DNA of 64,000 nt from Lama glama. Its lineage: Eukaryota. The position numbers and the translations under genes are program-made. The DNA lies in NCBI GenBank assembly GCA_028534125.1, contig CM052817.1, forward strand, positions 13,146,001 through 13,210,000. The letters run 5' to 3'. The notes under the pieces were generated by a model. It was not told the origin of the DNA. It ran no database searches and saw only the letters and a program-made list of their open reading frames with translations. Each line of letters begins with the position of its first letter. Within the stretch, counting starts at the first letter, position 1. Below, in pieces: positions 1 to 13,183 of this stretch.

Positions 1-105
1 TGGAGAATATACTGATTTTCTCTAGACCGGTTCTCTCCAGGATTTCTGTCTTTATTATTTCCTCTAGCTCATATTTAAACTGTATGTTTTTTAAAGAGAG
101 GAGAA

Positions 106-133
106 ACACACACACGCACGCACGCACGCACAC
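106..133. repeat. Compound (CA)n/(CGCA)n microsatellite
   Basis: Read directly: acacacacacgcacgcacgcacgcacac. Confidence 0.9.
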
Positions 134-2059
134 TCAGTGTATTTCTGTAGACTCCCCTTCAATGGATCTCTGCCAGTGGTAAGCATTGTTTCAGTTGCTT
201 GTGGCTGCTCGACTGTGCAAGGTTGCCTGGAAACGCTCCTTCAGTGCAAAGCTCTCCAGCCACTTTCCATACCTCCCCGTCCAGGGCTTAAAGATTCAGG
301 AAATCCAGCCACTGGTGTTTCTTTTCAAAATCTTCTTAGTGAAAGAATCATCTCGTGTATGTTGAAAATAGGAAAACAGCTCCCCAGTCGATGGGGCATG
401 CCATATTTAAAACAAAATGAAGAAACTTCTCCAAAAATTTTTAAATTGTTATTACACATTAAAACAAGTTAAAAATTTTCTTCTCAAGTGAACTGGATGT
501 AAAATTTTGTTAAACGAGTGTTTTGGAAATATATAATATTAATGGAGGATATTTAAAATGAACATCTACCATGGTCTCTCAGTCTGGAGATTGGGTTCTT
601 TTCCCAACAAGGTTGCATCATATTCCCACAACCCCTTTCAGCTGGGAAATGTTGAAAGTCAGATACCTTGATTTGGAATATTGATGCTTTTATTACATTT
701 TAAAATAAGTTAACGTTGTTAGGTAACAGGTTGTGATCATTATTTCTTTTTTCCTTGGTTTGAGTTAACTTCAAGAGGTTTGGGGAATATAAAATTGGTA
801 TGATGTTGAATGATCCTCATTCAGCTGGTATTACTTGACTTTGCTATCAAGTCATTTTCTCTTTGAAGTACAGCTCAGTCACTTTAACAGCAAATTAAAA
901 TCTTTGATATAATTTTCCACTATTACTACAAATCCTGATTTTGAAGTATAAAATGGAAATATTATATCATTGTGCATGAGTTAAATACCTGCCACCCCGT
1001 AATACCCATATACCATTACTAGCTTTAAAAAAAATTCTTTACAAAAATGGCACTAAGTGGTGTTCAGTCTTTTTCTTCTGTTAGATGTCGGAAAAAATGA
1101 TTGGTTTGGGATACAGGACAAGAAAGGAAACGTGTGCTCTGCAGTGTTTAAAAGGCATATTATCATCAGTTGTGTCTTACCTACGTTTACAATTTGTTAC
1201 ACTTTTCTCTCCTAACTGTTTTCTCTCTTCCCAGCTTACTTTCCAACTCAGATTGTTAGTAATTCTAATTGTGCGATATTAATATTGCCGACAACACACC
1301 CTCTGACAACTCTCTGTTGATAGATTACATGGTTAAACTGGTTACTAGATATTGAAACTTTTCTATCATATCACGTACATTCAGATGTATTTGATGCTTG
1401 TCTCTAACGTATTTATTTAAATAATTGCTTCTACAGATGCATGAATTGTAGTTGCTGCAGAAATGCATTTTAAGATTACTCATAATGTCCATTTTTAGTT
1501 TTAAATGCCTGTATGACTCGTGGTTGACGTACTAATTTGGATTCATTCATTATGTTGTTTCTGAGGTTAAGAAATTAATCATCAGTCAAAAAAATCAGAT
1601 GTATTTCTTCCCATTCTCTTTCCTTCTATGTCGTAAGCCAAAGTATCCCTCGGGGTAGATCATTGGATCTGCTTGTCAATTGCTGATGGAATTTTTTTTC
1701 GTTCAGATGTATCTCAGGTATCATAAAGTGATCAGACTGGCTTGATTACATAGAGTATTGGGAGCCAAGCGGAAGCAGAAAGCAGGGGCGCATTGCCACC
1801 TGTTTAAGGCATGTATCCACTCTGCTGTTAATACAAGCAGTTAGTTGTGGGCCGCAGATTACTGCAGTGATTAGAAATCTGGTGTTCTTATTATCATCAG
1901 GTTGGGAGTCTGATTTTGATGTGAGTTTAAATTGTTAAGGCAGGTGGAATATCAACAAGCTTATCATGGTGATTTTGAAATTATCATCAAGGAAAAGATG
2001 AGAGAATGAGTTCAAGCACTTACTCTGACTGAGTGAGACAATCCATCTCCAGGGTGCTT

Positions 2060-2215
2060 TACATATTTCACTGCACTCAGTCCTAGGAAAGGTCCTATGG
2101 CTTAGGTGGCTTTGTTCTCATTTTATAAATTGAGGAACTCAAGCTCCTTGAAGTTAATTAAACTCAGACTTCTCCCAGTCATTTCTAATTCCAGGGGAAA
2201 TACTTTCCTGCTACG
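2060..2215 (-). mobile_element. MIR SINE relic
   Basis: ctcattttataaattgaggaactcaagctccttgaagttaa resembles the reverse-complement MIR core (cccattttacagatgaggaaactgaggctcagagaggttaa). Confidence 0.6.
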
Positions 2216-3187
2216 CCTCCAACTTCCTCCTTAATAAGGGAACAGATGATATCTCTGGTGACATATAAAGTAATCACCTGAAGGATGGATAAACTAAGTG
2301 CCAGGGATTTGGATCATTCCCATCAGTAACGTACTAAAGAATAACACGTTCACTATGTGAAAAACAACCACCACCACAACCAGGGCACCATTAAAGTTTC
2401 TGTAAAATTAGGCCACACATTTTGAGCTCTTAACAGACATGGCATGAGGATTAATAGATATCCTGAGATTTCCACAGAAACCAGGAAAAATACTCTGGAC
2501 CTTTGAGGAACATCATTTGCCAAGCCCACAGTAAGAGATATAAAAATAAGTTAAGACATGGTCTCTGCCCCCATGGAACTCCTACCCATGAAAATCACAA
2601 CCCTGAAAAGTCTTTATAACCCGCTGTGGTCATCGTGAAGGCAGGGTATAATGTGCTGTGGGCGCATGGATGGCTTCAGTGAGGAATAACATTTGAGGAG
2701 GGTCTGGAAGGATGTGTTTACCCAGAAGGGAAGAGATGAGGGAGATTTTAGGTGGGTGCAAAGGCAGAGATGGGTTGATGAGCAACTCCACGGGGCTACC
2801 AAAGAATGTGTTTTGGTGAGTCAGGAGAGGGTTCTGGTTAGGTCCGTGAAGCCAGTATCCCAAAGTGCCTTGAATGACGTGCTCAGGTATTCACATGCCA
2901 CCTTGTTGGATAAAGAGGAGATCTATAAGTCATTTATTAATTATAGACCAAAAATGTACAGATTCATATGTTGGAAAGATTGCATTTGTAGTACTCAAGA
3001 GAATACGGTAAAGGGAGAGCGATTAGAGTCAGTAACATTGGTAAGAATATTACCTTCACCTCAAGATCTTAGGCTCTATACAACCAGTGCTTAGGGCTTG
3101 AACCAAGCATATGAATAAGACCAAAGAAGAGAGACTCAGAAATCTTTACTCAATGTCTTCCGTATATTTACAAAAAAAAAATCCATA

Positions 3188-3282
3188 TCTTGCTTTTAAT
3201 TCTTTTAGATTTATACCTAGGAATGGAATTGCTGGATCATATGGTAAGTCTATATTTAACTTTTTGACAAAACTCCAAACTC
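3188..3282 (-). mobile_element. Short L1 ORF2 3' fragment
   Basis: atacctaggaatggaattgctggatcatatggtaagtctatatttaac is the antisense of the L1 ORF2 ELPYDPAIPLLGI region. The same motif occurs at 15420-15460 and 34950-34985. Confidence 0.85.
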
Positions 3283-4674
3283 ACTGGCTTTTATAATGAG
3301 GAAATGAGAGAGAACGTTCTAGCACTAATAAAATACACACATGTTTCTCATAAAAAAAAATCTTAGGAACCTAGTGTTCACTACACAAGGCACTCAGCTT
3401 TTATTTTTAATTTATTTTTTTTTAGTGAATGAATGCATTTGTGGAGGCAGTAAGGAAAAGTCATCTGTGACATCCTAATCACATGTTCAGCAGATCTTTA
3501 AAGACGTGAAGCAGGATTTAACATGGTAGGATGGAGATGGCTTATTAGAATGAGAAAGTGAAATGAGATGATTCTTCCCAAGAGTGGGACTGTGCTTTAG
3601 AGAGGATGTGAAGATGAGGTACTCAGTGGGAGAGAGGAGGTTTCGGTGAGCAGCACCGCGGAGGAAAGGGGTAATAGGTGTGAAGAGGAATTCTTCATTT
3701 TCTCTCTCGCTTCTGTCCTCTGACGGTGCTCTCTGCTCATCCCTGTCTTTACTTACATCAAGCTCCCCTGAATGATAGATACACATAGGAAAGTTGTATT
3801 AACTCCTCGCTTTTCCTCTGCATTAAGTCCTCCTACTAGGAAGAAAGAAAAACTAACATTAATTGGATGCCGATTAGTTGTATCTCTCCTCCACTGAACT
3901 GAATAGAAGACATGTTATACGTTGGCGAGAGTTTTAGTTGTGTCTGAAAGTGGAAGGGAAGGCATTTCACATTTTGGTTCTATCTGCCCCCTTGGAACTT
4001 CTAAATGGTTTTACCAGCTCATTTCATCCCAAACAAACCCAGGAGGGCTTTACCATGAGAACCTCAGGACTCCAAATTATGGGTATATGCCTTCCTTTTG
4101 ACAGGTTATTTTTTTAAAAGGAAAGAAAGACGGAAGGAAATAAAAAGGAATACTTGAATGGCATAACAGGTTTTTGTTTTTGTTTTTTTAATTAATGTAA
4201 CTTCAACGAAAGTAAATCCCAGAGTTTTGAATGTTTTATGACCTTTGGTAGCTTGTTTAAACATTCAGGACCTTAGGGCCCTCTTTTATAAAATAGGGAT
4301 AATGATTTTATTCCTGTTTTGAGAAATAGGCTTTTTCTATGCACCGTGAACTTCTCAGTGTGAAAATGCTTTGTAAATTTTAATTCACTTCAGAAATGGG
4401 TTTTCTTTGTACAGTGAATCCTTAGAGACAATAACTTTCACTTCTTCATCATATACTTTACAGGAGACGTTGTGTCTCAAAGTAGTAGGAGACATCAACA
4501 AAATTGTAAAAATCATGTAAATTAGATAAAAGTATATGTGATAAGTTAAAGCCAGAATTTATAGAGTAGGGTAAGTTAGATTTGTTAATGTAATTTGCTA
4601 AAAATTGTGCATGGTACATTCCAAGCCCTTAGGAGCAATCATAGCTATAAGGGATGGTGTCTTTTGTTTCTTTG

Positions 4675-4820
4675 TTTGAGTACTTACTAGGCGCTAGTTA
4701 CTGTTGTAAACACACTGCATGTATGAACTATAATTTCTACAGTCACCTTGTGAGCTATCATCCCCATTCTATAAACAAAGAAATTGAGGCATAGAGAGTT
4801 TAAGAAACTTGCCCAACATT
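4675..4820 (-). mobile_element. MIR SINE relic
   Basis: tccccattctataaacaaagaaattgaggcatagagagtttaagaaacttgcccaa matches the antisense MIR core. Confidence 0.75.
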
Positions 4821-5149
4821 AAACTTACAGTGCAAAAATGAATCTATATTCTCATTTTGTATTAACCAAAGATCTCAGTAATTGATAACCAGAGCTGATT
4901 AACAAATGATAATCAGCATGTTCAGTATTTGATATTTTATTTACTTTAGGAGGCTATTCTTAATTTTTACAGGTTATTATTTATTTTAAACTACAGTAGA
5001 TTTATTAGTATAAAGGCTCCTTAGGTGAGTGGTTTTCAAATGGTACCCCAAGGATCCCCAGGAATTCCTTGAAGAACATCATATCTTCATCACTATTCAC
5101 TCCAGGTATATCCATTTTATGTATCAGGTGTCATTATTAGAGCCTGACT

Positions 5150-5330
5150 TTCCTTTTCTTCTTCCTTCCTCTCTCCCTTCCTCCCTTCCTTGTTTCTTCC
5201 TTCCTCCCTCCCGTTTCCCCCCGACACCCTCCTTCCTTTCAGTTCTTCCAGCCATTATCCATTGATCCATCCATCTGTTCCTCCACTTATCTATCTATAC
5301 AAACATCCAACCAACTAACTAATCAACAAA
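5150..5330. repeat. Polypyrimidine (CCTT/CCCT)-like tract followed by degenerate (CCAT/CTAT/CAAC)n
   Basis: Low-complexity sequence read directly. Confidence 0.8.
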
Positions 5331-8300
5331 TAGGCACTGGAGTCTCCGTATATATTAAGCTAGCAGTGGATGCTAGCAGTTGCATTCTTATAAAAGAAGA
5401 ATCTAAAAGATTTTTCTTCTAATTTTCAAAAACCACAGAGGGTGAATTTAAAACACAATTTTATTTAATAAAACTAAGCTCATATGAAACACTTTGGAAA
5501 CATATTATTTACATATTATATGCTATAGCCTTTTTACTAGAATCAAAGATGTTCCCTCTTAAGAAGAGGAGATGTGAGTTGTTTGCAGCTTTGAGGAGTT
5601 ACGTAGACCTTGGCTCTGGGAATGCAGATGCACTTTGTTGTACTGTACAAATGCTTATTTCCCCTTCTAAATCTTTTATAAACTTCAAGTCAAGGAGGGT
5701 GACATTTTCACAAACATCAGGCCTTGATGCTTTGATTGACATGATTTGAACGCACAAGTAATCAATCTGAGTTGACACATAGTAGTAAGGTCTTTGTTCA
5801 AAATGGAAAAACAGATTGTTTCTGAAAAGGAAAAAAAATAATTAACTGTATTTTTACCCTTAAATATTTAAAGTACTTAGGATGAAAAAGAAGAAAACTC
5901 CAACAGACCATTTGCAATTTTAGATTTCAGGATCTTTCTAGAACTTGTGCAGATCACTTCATTAATGTCAGCAATATTGTTAAATCCAAATCTATAAGCA
6001 AACATATTAGCTACTAAGTACCAGTGCATTAAAAATTTTGGTCCTTCCTGATCAAATGCATAGTACTTGAAAATACAGTTCTTAATTTTAACGTAGATCA
6101 TACACTCCCTTTAAAGACTCTATAACAGAAAAACATTTTTTTAGTATGAAATGTTAGATTTCTCTCAATAGTGTTTCTTAATAAGCATATTCAGAAACTT
6201 TAAAGTGATTTTCAATTGACTCAAAATACACTATCCATGATATTTTTTTGTTTGTTTTCTTTTTAAGAAAACATTAAGAAAGAGATATTGAATAAATGTC
6301 TGGTTGCTCCTGATTAAAAGGACTTTCCCAGGGACAGCCTAATAAGCATATGCCTCACCCTCCCTCCCTCCCTCCTTCCCCCTCTCCTGTCCCACCCTAT
6401 AGGACATCTTCCCTGAGGCAGGTGGGAGAGCCTGAATCTACACTTGGTGAGATTATAAAACCAGAACAAAGGACATGCTGATTTCTCTTGAAGATTGAAA
6501 CCATCTTATTAAAGCTGGTTCTATTCACCTAACTTAACACTTTTGGTGGGGCTTGGAGCCCAGGACTGGTGGGTGGTGAGGGGAGAGGCAGAGGACCATA
6601 ACAAGGGCGCTTTGCAAAATCTCAAGGGGTTGGAGTAAGGGTATCAGGTGCTGGAGAAATGAGGGGCTCTGACTGAACACATTTACTGGATCTGGAGGAT
6701 TTGGAGGTTAAAAAAAAAAGAACAGCTTGTTTTTCATGGTTTAATTTTCTAAGCAGATTTACAGATTGGCCTAATTTTGATGTGGTTTACATACATTTAA
6801 GTTACATTTTTATAATCTGAGAGTGGCATGTTTTAATTCTTTGCATTTTGTTTTGTAAACTTATGTAATTTTTTTAGTCCCTAGCAATGCACATATTCTC
6901 TATATAACTAGATATTTCTATATCTAAAACTATATCTAAAATACGTATAAACAAACATATATTTTTCCTGAAACTCGATTCTGAAGATTTTGCTTTTCTA
7001 ATTAATTTTTATAGATTAATTTATTTTAACCACACACTTCTGCTATAGAATTTAAACATTGACAGCATTTTTGTTAATATTAAAATGTTTCCTTTAAAAA
7101 TTCATTTTCCAAGAGAAACGAAAATATTTAAAGGAGAGGTTTTAATGTTGAGAAGTTGCTTTGGTAGTTGGTCTGTTAAGTACACCTTCAGATATTGGAA
7201 AAACAACAGCACTTATGGTTGATTAAACCCTAATAATAAAACAATAAAATAAAAATAAGCCCTTGAACTATATTCTGCCTCAGAGGTCTATTCAAAACTA
7301 TCTGTTATTAAATGGGTAAAGTACACTGAGTCTCAAGAAAAAGTAAATATCGAGTGAATAACCATGACATTAAAATAAGAGAATACAAATATTTGGGATT
7401 TATGTCATTTTCTTAATTTGAAATATGTGTATGATCTTTAACATATAGAGCAAAAAGTAAAAATACGATTAAGCCATTTTGAATGCCATTTTGAAAACAA
7501 GAGAAAGAAAAGATAAACTTCATTAATCTGCAGCGATAATTTAAACTATCGTACTGTGTCTTCCTTACCATAATTATTTCTGCAGACAAGGAGAATAACT
7601 TCGGGAGAATTTGCATTTACTTTTGCTTAACATTGTTTCTGTCCTTGGGTTTCACTTCTGTCCCATGGTGATATGTAAAAGTAGGCCCACCTGTTTTCCA
7701 CTGGGCTTTTAGTTCGGGTAAATTCTTACAACACAGCAATGTATTCCTAATCAGAGTTCTTTTGGAAATCTGAGGTAAGCTAATGATAACAATAATAATA
7801 ATAATATAAAGCTGCAGTCAATAAAATGAAAGATCTTCCAGAAAGACTACACCCCTCAAAAGAAAAAAAAAGAAAAGAAATCCACGAACAGACACACAAA
7901 CTTCCTGTGCCGACTTAAAAGCTTTATGAATCAAGTTTATGAATAAGGAAATCAGTTCACTTCCGTGAGGTCCAGAAAGGGAATATTTAAACATAAATCC
8001 TGATGGATAACATATAGGCCGCATGTATTTTCCTACAACAAATTATAGAGAATGGATCATTATAGCGTATAGATTTTAATGAGCTGGAAATATTTCTGTC
8101 TTTGAAAAGATTGCTGTGAACTGGAAAAGGCAGAGGAAAAACTGTTTTGCTTGAACATTTGCAAAAGTATTTTGAATTAGTGTTCCCCCATTTCTATTTT
8201 AAGTTAGCAAAAGTGAAAGTTATTTTCTTGTTAAAAAAAAATCAGTTCAGAAAGGCCGTCTTCCATTGATTTTTCAACTTGAAGGGAACAAGGAGGGGAA

Positions 8301-9534
8301 AGTTGGTCTTTGCTCTCTGTCCATGAGTGTATTATGCCTGTCAGCTTGTGCTTAAATGGTTTATTCTGAGAAGTAGACTTTACACTTAGAGAAATTTCAG
8401 AATGGAGCATGTGCATCCCATGGAGTTCTTGCAAATGGAAAAATGCATCAAGGAAGCCAGCTTCATGTATCCTGTCCCCCTGCACTTCTGTAAGAGCTCA
8501 TTTTCAATGATGATTCAAATAATTCAAAAACAAAGGGTCTGCATGTTGGGATAGCTGAACGGTTCACCAGCTAGCTCTTCACTGCAAAGAGGAAAAGAAA
8601 ACTTAACTGCCCAGTTGATCATGTTAGCAGATAATTAAGAATAAGAAAATCTAAAAAATTCTTAAATCAAACTAAGTGGTACAACCTAAAATTCAGGCAG
8701 TAACCATCTTATCAAAGTTTGCTTTCTAGTTTCCATTTTTCTCTAATTGCAAAATTTTTATGCTTAATAGCTTAACTGCCATTTTGTGTAATTATATTGA
8801 AAATTGTTTCATGTAAAACATTTTCTGATTGTGAAGGTTATTTTGAGAAAACTTGAACTTCATTTTCTCTCACTCAATATGTAAATTAACCAGTACAAGC
8901 AAATAGCTGCTATGAGAAGCCAGGTGTTTTCAATGATCTAATAACTAATTCCAGGCTATGAATTTTATAACCCAAATACTCTTAAGTTCAATTTTAAAAT
9001 AAACGTTCAGGGGTGAATTGAGTTCTAGGAGGTCACAAAATCAAACCATTAACTGCAATATACTCTGAAGTTCCTCCTAATTTACATGCTCACGTCACAG
9101 AATTTCTGAGAGTTGTTCTCAGTATTGCATTGATTAACTCATCAGTATAGCATGTTTCATGTACATGTACATATGCAATTTTATATGTTCTCTATCAAAT
9201 AAAGTTCTCCTCCATAGAGTGATATTTCAGGTCCTCCAAAACCCAGTCCAAGTGAAGTCCTAGTTCTAGTGAAGTTTCCAACTTGAACTCTCACTGCTTT
9301 ATGCTCCTCAGCTGACTGAACTTTTTGTTATTCTCTGATTGCTTAATGACAGGTTCAGCACAGATACCAACTATTCAGAACATACATTCATACACCCTAT
9401 AAATGTTTAACTGCTGGATATCAGCTCTAATTTTTTCTCATATATGTTCTGTAATTTCTAACATCCCTATATCAGTTAAGAATGATTCATGTAACACAGC
9501 ATACAACTGCCAAGTCTTAAACTATTGGTATTTG

Positions 9535-9900
9535 TATAAGAAAAGTCTAGAGGTAGGCCGGCAGTTCAGGGCTAATGTAAATCCTCAGCAGTGACTTGAG
9601 GGACCCAGGCTCTTTCTGCCTCTCTGCTTCACCGTCTTTAGTGTGTTGGCTTTTGTCCTCAGGATTATCACCTCATATTCACAGTGTGACTGCTGTGCCT
9701 CCAACTTTTCATCCATATTCCAGGCAAGGAAAAGTGTTAAGTGGAAAAGAGCAAAAGTAAAGGACTGTGCCAGTTTGTGTTTTTTTTGTTTTTTCGGTAA
9801 AGTAGAATGTCACATGTCTTTGGCCAACACTCTGTCATGGCTCTCCCTACTGGAAGGTGGCTAAGGAGGAGGAAGTGCGAGTGGGGATGGGGTCACTGAA
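9535..9900 (-). mobile_element. Old MaLR LTR (MLT1-type)
   Basis: gtctagaggtaggc..gcagttcagggct..gggacccaggctctttctgcctctctgct..tgttggcttttgtcctcagg resembles old MLT1 LTRs, antisense. Subfamily not determined. Confidence 0.6.
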
Positions 9901-10154
9901 TGAACCCACTCCCACAACTGCCTCTCACTCACATGCATCCCTCTATTTGGAAAGCTCTTTCTGTCATCTCTCCTGTGCCTTCCACCCATATCTTGTGGAC
10001 CGGCCACCCATTTTCTCCGGTTCTGACTGAGGGCCCGCCAGCTGTTCTTCATGTTTCCCTGTACAGTATCGCTTTTTAAACCTTCATAACACAAGGCAGA
10101 GTACCTGTAACTAGCTATGTGAAGCTGTGCCTTAATCTTGAGGTGGAGACTATA

Positions 10155-10740
10155 TGACTCTTTCAGTTGCAGGTGTCAAAAAATAATTTAAACTAGTTTC
10201 TTTCATAACTCATTGGTTTGTTTCACATGGAAGTCCGAGGATTTGCTGGCTTCAGGCATGTCTGCAAGCAGAGGCTGAAATGACGTGCCCCTTGGTATCC
10301 CATGTGTCTGTCCTCATTCTCAGGCTCATCCCTCTCCCTCCCCGCCCCTTCTCCCTCTCCTGACTCCTCTGTCTCTCATATCCTTTATTCTACTTTCCTC
10401 TGTTTTGCTCCATTCTGAAATAGGTTCTCAACACATTGTGGAAAATGTAGCTATTTGTGGCTCTTAACTAACCTGGTTTTTTATTATGACAGAGTCAGGG
10501 AGCCCCTCTTACTCCCAAGTGCATTTGTCCAATGTTTCTGAAAGAAATATGATGAGCCTTGATTGGCCACATTTCCATCCTTTAACCAATCACTGTGGAG
10601 GAGATTAGAATATTAAGATTGGCTAGGCGGATGTCATGTGACCATTCTGCTGGCCCAGGGGGAGAGAGAACTGTAACTGATGGTCCCGCCACAACCATGC
10701 GGGATGTTGGGGGAAGTGCTGTGCAGGCAAAATAATAGCT
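10155..10740 (-). mobile_element. Old MaLR LTR (MLT1-type)
   Basis: Starts gactctttcagttgcag, then aagtccgagg..gctggcttcaggcatg and ends aaccaatcactgtgg..gattggctagg..gtcatgtg, all typical of antisense old MLT1. Confidence 0.6.
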
Positions 10741-13183
10741 GGTGTTTTTCCTATCATTTTGTCACTCCGTGTGTCTGCCTCCAACAAAGGAAGTGGGAGC
10801 CCAGTAAGTGCTTGAAGGAGTGAATGGAAAGACAGGATAAGAGAAGAGCTGAGCTGACCCATAAGCAGGAGGAGAAACCCAGGTGGCATCTCAGCGGTTC
10901 ACAAGCTGTGTTTAGATCATGCAGTGCCATTTTATATTTTGAATTCTTACAAATTCCCGGTAGATTAGTCAGTTTTCTTTTAATAAGAAATTTCAACCCC
11001 AAATCACAACCAAAACATAGGTTATCTCACCTTCTTTTCCGTCAGCACTGTTTACTGAGTGCCGCCTCTGTGCCAGGGCATAAAGTGGAAGGTGTCGTAT
11101 TCTTTCAGTGATGAGAATTGAGGTGTTTTTCTCTAAATGTAATGAAAACATTACTCTGATAGAGAAAATAACAGGTGATGATGTAGTTAGCAAGTGAAAT
11201 ATATTCAGGGAACCATTTGTTTCCTTAAAGTTTCCTATACAACTATATAGTGTTGTGTTCAATGCTGGCTTATGGAAATATGAGAAAACGAATTCAGGTA
11301 TTTAACCTCCTTGATTTTAAACCAAGCAGCGAGCCGTTTGATACATTTTTAGGTCTCTCAAAAAAACATCCTAAACACAAGAATGTAACTCCAAATAAAA
11401 TAACTTTATATTTACACACTTTAATTCTGTTATCCTGTTGACTGATTCAGAAGCCTGCTGGCATGAAAGATTTCAGCATTTATTCCTCCTGATTTTTTTT
11501 TTCCATTTTCCTTGAATAGCTCAGTTCATTAAAGGCCCCTGAAAGGTTCATGGCCATCATGCTCTGTCTTTTGCCATCAGTGTTTGGGATGAGGGAAGGG
11601 TGAACTTGAAGCCTGGGTCCCTCTTTGTCACTGCTGCGCCTGGTCATTATCTCTCCAGAAAGCAGGTTGAGTGTGTCTGGAAATGCTTCCCAAGGCTGTG
11701 TCCATTCAGCCCATTCTTGTAGGGGTAATGAGACTTGGAACTTACTTCAGTGGGCCTGCCCGGGAACAGCATTCCTCTTAGTTTTCTTTTAAAGACTGAT
11801 TGGTTTGCAATGGAAGACAGGTAACACTACTCTTTTTCTCACTTTCTCCCCCTTTTTTTTTTTCCGTTCTTGAAAACTTGATGCTGTTACAATGAGAAGT
11901 CTTACTTGACAGATTTTGTGTCCATGTTTTATGCCCTTCTCTAAACCTGATTCTTGAAGCTGAGGAACTTTTAATGGGGCTCTTTAGCTAAGCTGAAATC
12001 ACTTATATAATCCAGTTCTATATTGTTGTTTTTTTTCTGATTTTTGAAATGGTGTGATGAGATAGAAGAAGAGTGGGGAATAGCGTGGAAGGAGACATGG
12101 AAGAGAATTTCTAAAACTTGTCATTTTGCAGACTGACTCAGACAAAAGTTCTCCACAGCCTCCTGGAAAGAAATTTCTAAACACGATTTTTGGCCTTTTT
12201 AGAAATTAATTAAGAATAATTGTATGGGTTTGTAGTAAACTACAACAATCTCTCTGTAGTGCAGTCAGTGCTCAAAATGTGCCCCTGGAACAAGTTAATG
12301 AGGATGTTTCACAGCAACAACTGTAATTCTAGTCAAGGAAAAATCAATCCAAATAAATTCAACATAACATTTAAACACCGCTTCTGTGCCCTGGGTCTTT
12401 TCTGGGATCTAGAAAACTACTTCAAGTAATTTATATAATTGAGGCATTTGTTTTAGTGGTGGGAATTTTTAAAAGTTAAAAAAGCTTCATGATAAAATTT
12501 GACAGGTGCTCTGAGAGCAGTAAATATGAGGAATTGAGGGAATCCTTACTTTTGACATCGTAGGCTCTAAGGAAGTGTTTTATATCCTGACTCCAATTTT
12601 AGGAGGTCTGCTGCATACTTACAGGATGACAGAAATGATTTTTTTTCTCCTGCAGTGGGTAGATATTTATACATCACACTCAGATATATATATATAAAAA
12701 TTCTGTTTTATTTGTCAGTAGTTGCATCCTGCCCAAAGTGATGGAGAGAGAGAGTAACTTTGCTAAATAGAGTTATTCAGCCACCTTTGGTTTATACTAG
12801 TCTCTTTCACATGAATTCAATTGCAGTTGACTAAATCCTCAGTCAATTTGAAGTTGACTGGTCAGGAATGTGTCTTCTGTCAATCAGTCCGTGCTCCTTC
12901 AGTTTTCTCCCCAAAGTGGCCCTGAGAGAAGGGGTAGATCCCCATGTTCTGTAATCAGAGTGCAAGGTGCCTCTGGTCTGTGTGCTGTGTTTGTCCCCAT
13001 TGATTTCCTCTGGGAGCAGAGGTATTGTCTGGTGGTGTCTGGATACAATGCTTTGTATTGTTCCCAAATATCTTCTGTCCTTGTCCACCAAGGTACGGCT
13101 GTCTTGGGATGGTAATGCTGATACAGTCTGTGAAAGGTGGAGGTTCCTTTGCTTCTGGCTTTTGAGATCCCCGTAGTTTATAG

